Assembly (NCBI RefSeq): GCF_009914755.1
Contig: NC_060941.1
Length of the DNA stretch: 64,000 nt
Reading direction: 5' to 3' (one strand)
Origin: the human T2T-CHM13v2.0 reference genome, Homo sapiens
Made by a program: the position numbers and the translations under genes. The notes under the pieces were generated by a model. It saw nothing but the letters and a program-made list of their open reading frames with translations, was not told the origin of the DNA and did no database searches. This document shows positions 27,001 through 42,000 of this stretch, piece after piece (positions within the stretch are counted from its first letter, which is position 1; each line of letters begins with the position of its first letter).

Positions 27001-30000
27001 TTCCTTTCGAGAGAGAAGCTTTGAAACACTCTTTTTCCAGAATCTGCAAGTGGACATTTGGAGGGCTTTGAGGCCTGTGGTGGAAAAGGAATTATCTTCC
27101 CGTAAAAGCTAGATAGAAGCATTCTCAGAAACTACTTTGTGATGATTGCATTCAAGTCACAGAGTTGAACATTCCCTTTGACAGAGCAGTTTGGAAACTC
27201 TCTTTGTGTAGAATCTGCAAGTGGAGATATGGACCGCTTTGAGGCCTATGGTAGTAAAGGAAATAGCTTCATATAAAAGCTAGACAGTAGCATTCACAGA
27301 AAACTCTTGGTGACGACTGAGTTTAACTCACAGAGCTGAACATTCCTTTGGATGGAGCAGTTTCGAAACACACTATTTGTAGAATGTGCAAGTGGATATT
27401 TAGGCCTCTCTGAGGATTTCGTTGGAAACGGGATAAACCGCACAGAACTAAACAGAAGCATTCTCAGAACCTTCTTCGTGATGTTTGCATTCAACTCACA
27501 GTGTTGAACCTTTCTTTGATAGTTCAGGTTTGAAACGGTCTTTCTGTAGAAACTGCAAGTAGATATTTGGACCTCTCTGAGGATTTCGTTGGAAACGGGA
27601 TAACCCGCACAGAACTAAAACAGAAGCATTCTCAGAACCCTCTTCGTGATGTTTGCATTCAACTCACAGTGCTGAACCTTTCTTTGATAGTTCAGCTTTG
27701 AAACACTCTTTTTGTAGAAACTGCAAGTGGATATTTGGTCCTCTCTGAGCATTTCGTTGGAAACGGGATAAACTGCACAGAACTAAACAGAAGCATTCTC
27801 AGAACCTTCTTCGTGATGTCTGCATTCAACTCACAGTGTGGAACCTTTCTTTGATAGTTCAGGTTTGAAACACTCTTTTTGTAGAAACTGCAAGGGGATA
27901 ATTGCACTCTTTGAGGAGTACCGTAGTAAAGGAAATAACTTCCTATAAAAAGAAGACAGAAGCTTTCTCAGAAAATTCTTTGGGATGATTGAGTTGAACT
28001 CACAGAGCTGAGCATTCCTTGCGATGTAGCAGTTTAGAAACACACTTTCTGCAGAATCTGCAAGTGCATATTTGGACCTCTGTGAGGAATTCGTTGGAAA
28101 CGGGATAATTTCAGCTGACTAAACAGAAGCAGTCTCAGAATCTTCTTTGTGATGTTTGCATTCACATCCCCGAGTTGAACTTTCCTTTCAAAGTTCACGT
28201 TTGAAACACTCTTTTTGCAGGATCTACAAGTGGATATTTGGACCACTCTGTGTCCTTCGTTCGAAACGGGTATATCTTCACATGACATCTAGACAGAAGC
28301 ATCCTCAGAAGCTTCTCTGTGATGACTGCATTCAACTCACGGAGTTGAACACTCCTTTTGAGAGCGCAGTTTTGAAACTCTCTTTCTGTGGCATCTGCAA
28401 GGGGACATGTAGACCTCTTTGAAGATTTCGTTGGAAACGGAATCATCTTCACATAAAAACTATACAGATGCATTCTCAGGAACTTTTTGGTGATGTTTGT
28501 ATTCAACTCCCAGAGTTGAACTTTCCTTTGGAAAGAGCAGCTATGAAACACTCTTTTTCTAGAATCTGCAAGTGGACGTTTGGAGGGCTTTGTGGTTTGT
28601 GGTGGAAAAGGAAATATCTTCACCTAAATACTAGATAGAAGCATTCTCAGAAACTGCTTTGTGATGATTGCATTCACCTCACAGAGTTGAACATTCCTAT
28701 TGATAGAGCAGTTTGGAAACACTCTTGTTGTGGAATGTGCAAGTGGAGATTTGGAGCGCTTTGAGGCCTATGGTAGTAAAGGGAATAGCTTCATAGAAAA
28801 ACTAGACAGAAGCATTCTCAGAAAATACTTTGTGATGATTGAGTTTAACTCACAGAGCTGAACATTCCTTTGGATGGAGCAGGTTTGAGACACACTTTTT
28901 GTAGAATCTACAAGTGGATATTTGGACCTCTCTGAGGATTTCGTTGGAAACGGGATAACTGCACCTAACTAAACGGAAGCATTCTCAGAAACTTCTTGGT
29001 GATGTTTGCATTCAAATCCCAGAGTTGAACCTTCCTTTGATAGTTCAGGTTTGAAACACTCTTTTTGTAGGATCTGCAAGTGGATATTTGGACCACTCTG
29101 TGGCCTTCGTTCGAAACGGGTATATCTTCGCATAAAATCTAGACAGAAGCCTTCTCAGAAACTTCTCTGTGATGATTGCATTCAACTCACAGAGTTGAAC
29201 CCTCCTATGGATAGAGCAGTGTTGAAACTCTCTTTTTGTGGAATCTGCAAGTGGATATGTGGACCTCTCCGAAGATGTCTTTGGAAACGGGAATATCTTC
29301 ACATAAAAACTAAACAGAAGCATTCTCAGAAACTTCTCTGTGATGTTTGTGTTCAACTCCCAGAGTTTCACATTGCTTTTCATAGAGTAGTTCTGAAACA
29401 TGCTTTTCGTAGTGTCTACAAGTGGACATTTGGAGCGCTTTCAGGCCTGTGGTGGAAAACGAATTATGGTCACATAAAAACTGGAGAGAAGCATTGTCAG
29501 AAACTTCTTTGTGATGATTGCATTCAACTCACAGAGTTGAAGGTTCCTTTTCAAAGAGCAGTTTCCAATCACTCTTTGTGTGGAATCTGCAAGTGGATAT
29601 TTGGACCTATTTTGAAGATTTCGTTGGAAACGGGAGAATCTTCACAGGAAAGCTAAACAGAAGCATTCTCAGAAACTTCTTTGTGATGCTTGCATTCAAC
29701 TCACAGAGTTGAACTTTCCTTTCGAGAGAGAAGCTTTGAAACACTCTTTTTCCAGAATCTGCAAGTGGACATTTGGAGGGCTTTGAGGCCTGTGGTGGAA
29801 AAGGAATTATCTTCCCGTAAAAGCTAGATAGAAGCATTCTCAGAAACTACTTTGTGATGATTGCATTCAAGTCACAGAGTTGAACATTCCCTTTGACAGA
29901 GCAGTTTGGAAACTCTCTTTGTGTAGAATCTGCAAGTGGAGATATGGACCGCTTTGAGGCCTATGGTAGTAAAGGAAATAGCTTCATATAAAAGCTAGAC

Positions 30001-33000
30001 AGTAGCATTCACAGAAAACTCTTGGTGACGACTGAGTTTAACTCACAGAGCTGAACATTCCTTTGGATGGAGCAGTTTCGAAACACACTATTTGTAGAAT
30101 GTGCAAGTGGATATTTAGGCCTCTCTGAGGATTTCGTTGGAAACGGGATAAACCGCACAGAACTAAACAGAAGCATTCTCAGAACCTTCTTCGTGATGTT
30201 TGCATTCAACTCACAGTGTTGAACCTTTCTTTGATAGTTCAGGTTTGAAACGGTCTTTCTGTAGAAACTGCAAGTAGATATTTGGACCTCTCTGAGGATT
30301 TCGTTGGAAACGGGATAACCCGCACAGAACTAAAACAGAAGCATTCTCAGAACCCTCTTCGTGATGTTTGCATTCAACTCACAGTGCTGAACCTTTCTTT
30401 GATAGTTCAGCTTTGAAACACTCTTTTTGTAGAAACTGCAAGTGGATATTTGGTCCTCTCTGAGGATTTCGTTGGAAACGGGATAAACTGCACAGAACTA
30501 AACAGAAGCATTCTCAGAACCTTCTTCGTGATGTCTGCATTCAACTCACAGTGTGGAACCTTTCTTTGATAGTTCAGGTTTGAAACACTCTTTTTGTAGA
30601 AACTGCAAGGGGATAATTGCACTCTTTGAGGAGTACCGTAGTAAAGGAAATAACTTCCTATAAAAAGAAGACAGAAGCTTTCTCAGAAAATTCTTTGGGA
30701 TGATTGAGTTGAACTCACAGAGCTGAGCATTCCTTGCGATGTAGCAGTTTAGAAACACACTTTCTGCAGAATCTGCAAGTGCATATTTGGACCTCTGTGA
30801 GGAATTCGTTGGAAACGGGATAATTTCAGCTGACTAAACAGAAGCAGTCTCAGAATCTTCTTTGTGATGTTTGCATTCACATCCCCGAGTTGAACTTTCC
30901 TTTCAAAGTTCACGTTTGAAACACTCTTTTTGCAGGATCTACAAGTGGATATTTGGACCACTCTGTGTCCTTCGTTCGAAACGGGTATATCTTCACATGA
31001 CATCTAGACAGAAGCATCCTCAGAAGCTTCTCTGTGATGACTGCATTCAACTCACGGAGTTGAACACTCCTTTTGAGAGCGCAGTTTTGAAACTCTCTTT
31101 CTGTGGCATCTGCAAGGGGACATGTAGACCTCTTTGAAGATTTCGTTGGAAACGGAATCATCTTCACATAAAAACTATACAGATGCATTCTCAGGAACTT
31201 TTTGGTGATGTTTGTATTCAACTCCCAGAGTTGAACTTTCCTTTGGAAAGAGCAGCTATGAAACACTCTTTTTCTAGAATCTGCAAGTGGACGTTTGGAG
31301 GGCTTTGTGGTTTGTGGTGGAAAAGGAAATATCTTCACCTAAATACTAGATAGAAGCATTCTCAGAAACTGCTTTGTGATGATTGCATTCACCTCACAGA
31401 GTTGAACATTCCTATTGATAGAGCAGTTTGGAAACACTCTTGTTGTGGAATGTGCAAGTGGAGATTTGGAGCGCTTTGAGGCCTATGGTAGTAAAGGGAA
31501 TAGCTTCATAGAAAAACTAGACAGAAGCATTCTCAGAAAATACTTTGTGATGATTGAGTTTAACTCACAGAGCTGAACATTCCTTTGGATGGAGCAGGTT
31601 TGAGACACACTTTTTGTAGAATCTACAAGTGGATATTTGGACCTCTCTGAGGATTTCGTTGGAAACGGGATAACTGCACCTAACTAAACGGAAGCATTCT
31701 CAGAAACTTCTTGGTGATGTTTGCATTCAAATCCCAGAGTTGAACCTTCCTTTGATAGTTCAGGTTTGAAACACTCTTTTTGTAGGATCTGCAAGTGGAT
31801 ATTTGGACCACTCTGTGGCCTTCGTTCGAAACGGGTATATCTTCGCATAAAATCTAGACAGAAGCCTTCTCAGAAACTTCTCTGTGATGATTGCATTCAA
31901 CTCACAGAGTTGAACCCTCCTATGGATAGAGCAGTGTTGAAACTCTCTTTTTGTGGAATCTGCAAGTGGATATGTGGACCTCTCCGAAGATGTCTTTGGA
32001 AACGGGAATATCTTCACATAAAAACTAAACAGAAGCATTCTCAGAAACTTCTCTGTGATGTTTGTGTTCAACTCCCAGAGTTTCACATTGCTTTTCATAG
32101 AGTAGTTCTGAAACATGCTTTTCGTAGTGTCTACAAGTGGACATTTGGAGCGCTTTCAGGCCTGTGGTGGAAAACGAATTATGGTCACATAAAAACTGGA
32201 GAGAAGCATTGTCAGAAACTTCTTTGTGATGATTGCATTCAACTCACAGAGTTGAAGGTTCCTTTTCAAAGAGCAGTTTCCAATCACTCTTTGTGTGGAA
32301 TCTGCAAGTGGATATTTGGACCTATTTTGAAGATTTCGTTGGAAACGGGAGAATCTTCACAGGAAAGCTAAACAGAAGCATTCTCAGAAACTTCTTTGTG
32401 ATGCTTGCATTCAACTCACAGAGTTGAACTTTCCTTTCGAGAGAGAAGCTTTGAAACACTCTTTTTCCAGAATCTGCAAGTGGACATTTGGAGGGCTTTG
32501 AGGCCTGTGGTGGAAAAGGAATTATCTTCCCGTAAAAGCTAGATAGAAGCATTCTCAGAAACTACTTTGTGATGATTGCATTCAAGTCACAGAGTTGAAC
32601 ATTCCCTTTGACAGAGCAGTTTGGAAACTCTCTTTGTGTAGAATCTGCAAGTGGAGATATGGACCGCTTTGAGGCCTATGGTAGTAAAGGAAATAGCTTC
32701 ATATAAAAGCTAGACAGTAGCATTCACAGAAAACTCTTGGTGACGACTGAGTTTAACTCACAGAGCTGAACATTCCTTTGGATGGAGCAGTTTCGAAACA
32801 CACTATTTGTAGAATGTGCAAGTGGATATTTAGGCCTCTCTGAGGATTTCGTTGGAAACGGGATAAACCGCACAGAACTAAACAGAAGCATTCTCAGAAC
32901 CTTCTTCGTGATGTTTGCATTCAACTCACAGTGTTGAACCTTTCTTTGATAGTTCAGGTTTGAAACGGTCTTTCTGTAGAAACTGCAAGTAGATATTTGG

Positions 33001-36000
33001 ACCTCTCTGAGGATTTCGTTGGAAACGGGATAACCCGCACAGAACTAAAACAGAAGCATTCTCAGAACCCTCTTCGTGATGTTTGCATTCAACTCACAGT
33101 GCTGAACCTTTCTTTGATAGTTCAGCTTTGAAACACTCTTTTTGTAGAAACTGCAAGTGGATATTTGGTCCTCTCTGAGGATTTCGTTGGAAACGGGATA
33201 AACTGCACAGAACTAAACAGAAGCATTCTCAGAACCTTCTTCGTGATGTCTGCATTCAACTCACAGTGTGGAACCTTTCTTTGATAGTTCAGGTTTGAAA
33301 CACTCTTTTTGTAGAAACTGCAAGGGGATAATTGCACTCTTTGAGGAGTACCGTAGTAAAGGAAATAACTTCCTATAAAAAGAAGACAGAAGCTTTCTCA
33401 GAAAATTCTTTGGGATGATTGAGTTGAACTCACAGAGCTGAGCATTCCTTGCGATGTAGCAGTTTAGAAACACACTTTCTGCAGAATCTGCAAGTGCATA
33501 TTTGGACCTCTGTGAGGAATTCGTTGGAAACGGGATAATTTCAGCTGACTAAACAGAAGCAGTCTCAGAATCTTCTTTGTGATGTTTGCATTCACATCCC
33601 CGAGTTGAACTTTCCTTTCAAAGTTCACGTTTGAAACACTCTTTTTGCAGGATCTACAAGTGGATATTTGGACCACTCTGTGTCCTTCGTTCGAAACGGG
33701 TATATCTTCACATGACATCTAGACAGAAGCATCCTCAGAAGCTTCTCTGTGATGACTGCATTCAACTCACGGAGTTGAACACTCCTTTTGAGAGCGCAGT
33801 TTTGAAACTCTCTTTCTGTGGCATCTGCAAGGGGACATGTAGACCTCTTTGAAGATTTCGTTGGAAACGGAATCATCTTCACATAAAAACTATACAGATG
33901 CATTCTCAGGAACTTTTTGGTGATGTTTGTATTCAACTCCCAGAGTTGAACTTTCCTTTGGAAAGAGCAGCTATGAAACACTGTTTTTCTAGAATCTGCA
34001 AGTGGACGTTTGGAGGGCTTTGTGGTTTGTGGTGGAAAAGGAAATATCTTCACCTAAATACTAGATAGAAGCATTCTCAGAAACTGCTTTGTGATGATTG
34101 CATTCACCTCACAGAGTTGAACATTCCTATTGATAGAGCAGTTTGGAAACACTCTTGTTGTGGAATGTGCAAGTGGAGATTTGGAGCGCTTTGAGGCCTA
34201 TGGTAGTAAAGGGAATAGCTTCATAGAAAAACTAGACAGAAGCATTCTCAGAAAATACTTTGTGATGATTGAGTTTAACTCACAGAGCTGAACATTCCTT
34301 TGGATGGAGCAGGTTTGAGACACACTTTTTGTAGAATCTACAAGTGGATATTTGGACCTCTCTGAGGATTTCGTTGGAAACGGGATAACTGCACCTAACT
34401 AAACGGAAGCATTCTCAGAAACTTCTTGGTGATGTTTGCATTCAAATCCCAGAGTTGAACCTTCCTTTGATAGTTCAGGTTTGAAACACTCTTTTTGTAG
34501 GATCTGCAAGTGGATATTTGGACCACTCTGTGGCCTTCGTTCGAAACGGGTATATCTTCGCATAAAATCTAGACAGAAGCCTTCTCAGAAACTTCTCTGT
34601 GATGATTGCATTCAACTCACAGAGTTGAACCCTCCTATGGATAGAGCAGTGTTGAAACTCTCTTTTTGTGGAATCTGCAAGTGGATATGTGGACCTCTCC
34701 GAAGATGTCTTTGGAAACGGGAATATCTTCACATAAAAACTAAACAGAAGCATTCTCAGAAACTTCTCTGTGATGTTTGTGTTCAACTCCCAGAGTTTCA
34801 CATTGCTTTTCATAGAGTAGTTCTGAAACATGCTTTTCGTAGTGTCTACAAGTGGACATTTGGAGCGCTTTCAGGCCTGTGGTGGAAAACGAATTATGGT
34901 CACATAAAAACTGGAGAGAAGCATTGTCAGAAACTTCTTTGTGATGATTGCATTCAACTCACAGAGTTGAAGGTTCCTTTTCAAAGAGCAGTTTCCAATC
35001 ACTCTTTGTGTGGAATCTGCAAGTGGATATTTGGACCTATTTTGAAGATTTCGTTGGAAACGGGAGAATCTTCACAGGAAAGCTAAACAGAAGCATTCTC
35101 AGAAACTTCTTTGTGATGCTTGCATTCAACTCACAGAGTTGAACTTTCCTTTCGAGAGAGAAGCTTTGAAACACTCTTTTTCCAGAATCTGCAAGTGGAC
35201 ATTTGGAGGGCTTTGAGGCCTGTGGTGGAAAAGGAATTATCTTCCCGTAAAAGCTAGATAGAAGCATTCTCAGAAACTACTTTGTGATGATTGCATTCAA
35301 GTCACAGAGTTGAACATTCCCTTTGACAGAGCAGTTTGGAAACTCTCTTTGTGTAGAATCTGCAAGTGGAGATATGGACCGCTTTGAGGCCTATGGTAGT
35401 AAAGGAAATAGCTTCATATAAAAGCTAGACAGTAGCATTCACAGAAAACTCTTGGTGACGACTGAGTTTAACTCACAGAGCTGAACATTCCTTTGGATGG
35501 AGCAGTTTCGAAACACACTATTTGTAGAATGTGCAAGTGGATATTTAGGCCTCTCTGAGGATTTCGTTGGAAACGGGATAAACCGCACAGAACTAAACAG
35601 AAGCATTCTCAGAACCTTCTTCGTGATGTTTGCATTCAACTCACAGTGTTGAACCTTTCTTTGATAGTTCAGGTTTGAAACGGTCTTTCTGTAGAAACTG
35701 CAAGTAGATATTTGGACCTCTCTGAGGATTTCGTTGGAAACGGGATAACCCGCACAGAACTAAAACAGAAGCATTCTCAGAACCCTCTTCGTGATGTTTG
35801 CATTCAACTCACAGTGCTGAACCTTTCTTTGATAGTTCAGCTTTGAAACACTCTTTTTGTAGAAACTGCAAGTGGATATTTGGTCCTCTCTGAGGATTTC
35901 GTTGGAAACGGGATAAACTGCACAGAACTAAACAGAAGCATTCTCAGAACCTTCTTCGTGATGTCTGCATTCAACTCACAGTGTGGAACCTTTCTTTGAT

Positions 36001-39000
36001 AGTTCAGGTTTGAAACACTCTTTCTGTAGAAACTGCAAGGGGATAATTGCACTCTTTGAGGAGTACCGTAGTAAAGGAAATAACTTCCTATAAAAAGAAG
36101 ACAGAAGCTTTCTCAGAAAATTCTTTGGGATGATTGAGTTGAACTCACAGAGCTGAGCATTCCTTGCGATGTAGCAGTTTAGAAACACACTTTCTGCAGA
36201 ATCTGCAAGTGCATATTTGGACCTCTGTGAGGAATTCGTTGGAAACGGGATAATTTCAGCTGACTAAACAGAAGCAGTCTCAGAATCTTCTTTGTGATGT
36301 TTGCATTCACATCCCCGAGTTGAACTTTCCTTTCAAAGTTCACGTTTGAAACACTCTTTTTGCAGGATCTACAAGTGGATATTTGGACCACTCTGTGTCC
36401 TTCGTTCGAAACGGGTATATCTTCACATGACATCTAGACAGAAGCATCCTCAGAAGCTTCTCTGTGATGACTGCATTCAACTCACGGAGTTGAACACTCC
36501 TTTTGAGAGCGCAGTTTTGAAACTCTCTTTCTGTGGCATCTGCAAGGGGACATGTAGACCTCTTTGAAGATTTCGTTGGAAACGGAATCATCTTCACATA
36601 AAAACTATACAGATGCATTCTCAGGAACTTTTTGGTGATGTTTGTATTCAACTCCCAGAGTTGAACTTTCCTTTGGAAAGAGCAGCTATGAAACACTCTT
36701 TTTCTAGAATCTGCAAGTGGACGTTTGGAGGGCTTTGTGGTTTGTGGTGGAAAAGGAAATATCTTCACCTAAATACTAGATAGAAGCATTCTCAGAAACT
36801 GCTTTGTGATGATTGCATTCACCTCACAGAGTTGAACATTCCTATTGATAGAGCAGTTTGGAAACACTCTTGTTGTGGAATGTGCAAGTGGAGATTTGGA
36901 GCGCTTTGAGGCCTATGGTAGTAAAGGGAATAGCTTCATAGAAAAACTAGACAGAAGCATTCTCAGAAAATACTTTGTGATGATTGAGTTTAACTCACAG
37001 AGCTGAACATTCCTTTGGATGGAGCAGGTTTGAGACACACTTTTTGTAGAATCTACAAGTGGATATTTGGACCTCTCTGAGGATTTCGTTGGAAACGGGA
37101 TAACTGCACCTAACTAAACGGAAGCATTCTCAGAAACTTCTTGGTGATGTTTGCATTCAAATCCCAGAGTTGAACCTTCCTTTGATAGTTCAGGTTTGAA
37201 ACACTCTTTTTGTAGGATCTGCAAGTGGATATTTGGACCACTCTGTGGCCTTCGTTCGAAACGGGTATATCTTCGCATAAAATCTAGACAGAAGCCTTCT
37301 CAGAAACTTCTCTGTGATGATTGCATTCAACTCACAGAGTTGAACCCTCCTATGGATAGAGCAGTGTTGAAACTCTCTTTTTGTGGAATCTGCAAGTGGA
37401 TATGTGGACCTCTCCGAAGATGTCTTTGGAAACGGGAATATCTTCACATAAAAACTAAACAGAAGCATTCTCAGAAACTTCTCTGTGATGTTTGTGTTCA
37501 ACTCCCAGAGTTTCACATTGCTTTTCATAGAGTAGTTCTGAAACATGCTTTTCGTAGTGTCTACAAGTGGACATTTGGAGCGCTTTCAGGCCTGTGGTGG
37601 AAAACGAATTATGGTCACATAAAAACTGGAGAGAAGCATTGTCAGAAACTTCTTTGTGATGATTGCATTCAACTCACAGAGTTGAAGGTTCCTTTTCAAA
37701 GAGCAGTTTCCAATCACTCTTTGTGTGGAATCTGCAAGTGGATATTTGGACCTATTTTGAAGATTTCGTTGGAAACGGGAGAATCTTCACAGGAAAGCTA
37801 AACAGAAGCATTCTCAGAAACTTCTTTGTGATGCTTGCATTCAACTCACAGAGTTGAACTTTCCTTTCGAGAGAGAAGCTTTGAAACACTCTTTTTCCAG
37901 AATCTGCAAGTGGACATTTGGAGGGCTTTGAGGCCTGTGGTGGAAAAGGAATTATCTTCCCGTAAAAGCTAGATAGAAGCATTCTCAGAAACTACTTTGT
38001 GATGATTGCATTCAAGTCACAGAGTTGAACATTCCCTTTGACAGAGCAGTTTGGAAACTCTCTTTGTGTAGAATCTGCAAGTGGAGATATGGACCGCTTT
38101 GAGGCCTATGGTAGTAAAGGAAATAGCTTCATATAAAAGCTAGACAGTAGCATTCACAGAAAACTCTTGGTGACGACTGAGTTTAACTCACAGAGCTGAA
38201 CATTCCTTTGGATGGAGCAGTTTCGAAACACACTATTTGTAGAATGTGCAAGTGGATATTTAGGCCTCTCTGAGGATTTCGTTGGAAACGGGATAAACCG
38301 CACAGAACTAAACAGAAGCATTCTCAGAACCTTCTTCGTGATGTTTGCATTCAACTCACAGTGTTGAACCTTTCTTTGATAGTTCAGGTTTGAAACGGTC
38401 TTTCTGTAGAAACTGCAAGTAGATATTTGGACCTCTCTGAGGATTTCGTTGGAAACGGGATAACCCGCACAGAACTAAAACAGAAGCATTCTCAGAACCC
38501 TCTTCGTGATGTTTGCATTCAACTCACAGTGCTGAACCTTTCTTTGATAGTTCAGCTTTGAAACACTCTTTTTGTAGAAACTGCAAGTGGATATTTGGTC
38601 CTCTCTGAGCATTTCGTTGGAAACGGGATAAACTGCACAGAACTAAACAGAAGCATTCTCAGAACCTTCTTCGTGATGTCTGCATTCAACTCACAGTGTG
38701 GAACCTTTCTTTGATAGTTCAGGTTTGAAACACTCTTTCTGTAGAAACTGCAAGGGGATAATTGCACTCTTTGAGGAGTACCGTAGTAAAGGAAATAACT
38801 TCCTATAAAAAGAAGACAGAAGCTTTCTCAGAAAATTCTTTGGGATGATTGAGTTGAACTCACAGAGCTGAGCATTCCTTGCGATGTAGCAGTTTAGAAA
38901 CACACTTTCTGCAGAATCTGCAAGTGCATATTTGGACCTCTGTGAGGAATTCGTTGGAAACGGGATAATTTCAGCTGACTAAACAGAAGCAGTCTCAGAA

Positions 39001-42000
39001 TCTTCTTTGTGATGTTTGCATTCAAATCCCCGAGTTGAACTTTCCTTTCAAAGTTCACGTTTGAAACACTCTTTTTGCAGGATCTACAAGTGGATATTTG
39101 GACCACTCTGTGTCCTTCGTTCGAAACGGGTATATCTTCACATGACATCTAGACAGAAGCATCCTCAGAAGCTTCTCTGTGATGACTGCATTCAACTCAC
39201 GGAGTTGAACACTCCTTTTGAGAGCGCAGTTTTGAAACTCTCTTTCTGTGGCATCTGCAAGGGGACATGTAGACCTCTTTGAAGATTTCGTTGGAAACGG
39301 AATCATCTTCACATAAAAACTATACAGATGCATTCTCAGGAACTTTTTGGTGATGTTTGTATTCAACTCCCAGAGTTGAACTTTCCTTTGGAAAGAGCAG
39401 CTATGAAACACTCTTTTTCTAGAATCTGCAAGTGGACGTTTGGAGGGCTTTGTGGTTTGTGGTGGAAAAGGAAATATCTTCACCTAAATACTAGATAGAA
39501 GCATTCTCAGAAACTGCTTTGTGATGATTGCATTCACCTCACAGAGTTGAACATTCCTATTGATAGAGCAGTTTGGAAACACTCTTGTTGTGGAATGTGC
39601 AAGTGGAGATTTGGAGCGCTTTGAGGCCTATGGTAGTAAAGGGAATAGCTTCATAGAAAAACTAGACAGAAGCATTCTCAGAAAATACTTTGTGATGATT
39701 GAGTTTAACTCACAGAGCTGAACATTCCTTTGGATGGAGCAGGTTTGAGACACACTTTTTGTAGAATCTACAAGTGGATATTTGGACCTCTCTGAGGATT
39801 TCGTTGGAAACGGGATAACTGCACCTAACTAAACGGAAGCATTCTCAGAAACTTCTTGGTGATGTTTGCATTCAAATCCCAGAGTTGAACCTTCCTTTGA
39901 TAGTTCAGGTTTGAAACACTCTTTTTGTAGGATCTGCAAGTGGATATTTGGACCACTCTGTGGCCTTCGTTCGAAACGGGTATATCTTCGCATAAAATCT
40001 AGACAGAAGCCTTCTCAGAAACTTCTCTGTGATGATTGCATTCAACTCACAGAGTTGAACCCTCCTATGGATAGAGCAGTGTTGAAACTCTCTTTTTGTG
40101 GAATCTGCAAGTGGATATGTGGACCTCTCCGAAGATGTCTTTGGAAACGGGAATATCTTCACATAAAAACTAAACAGAAGCATTCTCAGAAACTTCTCTG
40201 TGATGTTTGTGTTCAACTCCCAGAGTTTCACATTGCTTTTCATAGAGTAGTTCTGAAACATGCTTTTCGTAGTGTCTACAAGTGGACATTTGGAGCGCTT
40301 TCAGGCCTGTGGTGGAAAACGAATTATGGTCACATAAAAACTGGAGAGAAGCATTGTCAGAAACTTCTTTGTGATGATTGCATTCAACTCACAGAGTTGA
40401 AGGTTCCTTTTCAAAGAGCAGTTTCCAATCACTCTTTGTGTGGAATCTGCAAGTGGATATTTGGACCTATTTTGAAGATTTCGTTGGAAACGGGAGAATC
40501 TTCACAGGAAAGCTAAACAGAAGCATTCTCAGAAACTTCTTTGTGATGCTTGCATTCAACTCACAGAGTTGAACTTTCCTTTCGAGAGAGAAGCTTTGAA
40601 ACACTCTTTTTCCAGAATCTGCAAGTGGACATTTGGAGGGCTTTGAGGCCTGTGGTGGAAAAGGAATTATCTTCCCGTAAAAGCTAGATAGAAGCATTCT
40701 CAGAAACTACTTTGTGATGATTGCATTCAAGTCACAGAGTTGAACATTCCCTTTGACAGAGCAGTTTGGAAACTCTCTTTGTGTAGAATCTGCAAGTGGA
40801 GATATGGACCGCTTTGAGGCCTATGGTAGTAAAGGAAATAGCTTCATATAAAAGCTAGACAGTAGCATTCACAGAAAACTCTTGGTGACGACTGAGTTTA
40901 ACTCACAGAGCTGAACATTCCTTTGGATGGAGCAGTTTCGAAACACACTATTTGTAGAATGTGCAAGTGGATATTTAGGCCTCTCTGAGGATTTCGTTGG
41001 AAACGGGATAAACCGCACAGAACTAAACAGAAGCATTCTCAGAACCTTCTTCGTGATGTTTGCATTCAACTCACAGTGTTGAACCTTTCTTTGATAGTTC
41101 AGGTTTGAAACGGTCTTTCTGTAGAAACTGCAAGTAGATATTTGGACCTCTCTGAGGATTTCGTTGGAAACGGGATAACCCGCACAGAACTAAAACAGAA
41201 GCATTCTCAGAACCCTCTTCGTGATGTTTGCATTCAACTCACAGTGCTGAACCTTTCTTTGATAGTTCAGCTTTGAAACACTCTTTTTGTAGAAACTGCA
41301 AGTGGATATTTGGTCCTCTCTGAGCATTTCGTTGGAAACGGGATAAACTGCACAGAACTAAACAGAAGCATTCTCAGAACCTTCTTCGTGATGTCTGCAT
41401 TCAACTCACAGTGTGGAACCTTTCTTTGATAGTTCAGGTTTGAAACACTCTTTCTGTAGAAACTGCAAGGGGATAATTGCACTCTTTGAGGAGTACCGTA
41501 GTAAAGGAAATAACTTCCTATAAAAAGAAGACAGAAGCTTTCTCAGAAAATTCTTTGGGATGATTGAGTTGAACTCACAGAGCTGAGCATTCCTTGCGAT
41601 GTAGCAGTTTAGAAACACACTTTCTGCAGAATCTGCAAGTGCATATTTGGACCTCTGTGAGGAATTCGTTGGAAACGGGATAATTTCAGCTGACTAAACA
41701 GAAGCAGTCTCAGAATCTTCTTTGTGATGTTTGCATTCAAATCCCCGAGTTGAACTTTCCTTTCAAAGTTCACGTTTGAAACACTCTTTTTGCAGGATCT
41801 ACAAGTGGATATTTGGACCACTCTGTGTCCTTCGTTCGAAACGGGTATATCTTCACATGACATCTAGACAGAAGCATCCTCAGAAGCTTCTCTGTGATGA
41901 CTGCATTCAACTCACGGAGTTGAACACTCCTTTTGAGAGCGCAGTTTTGAAACTCTCTTTCTGTGGCATCTGCAAGGGGACATGTAGACCTCTTTGAAGA

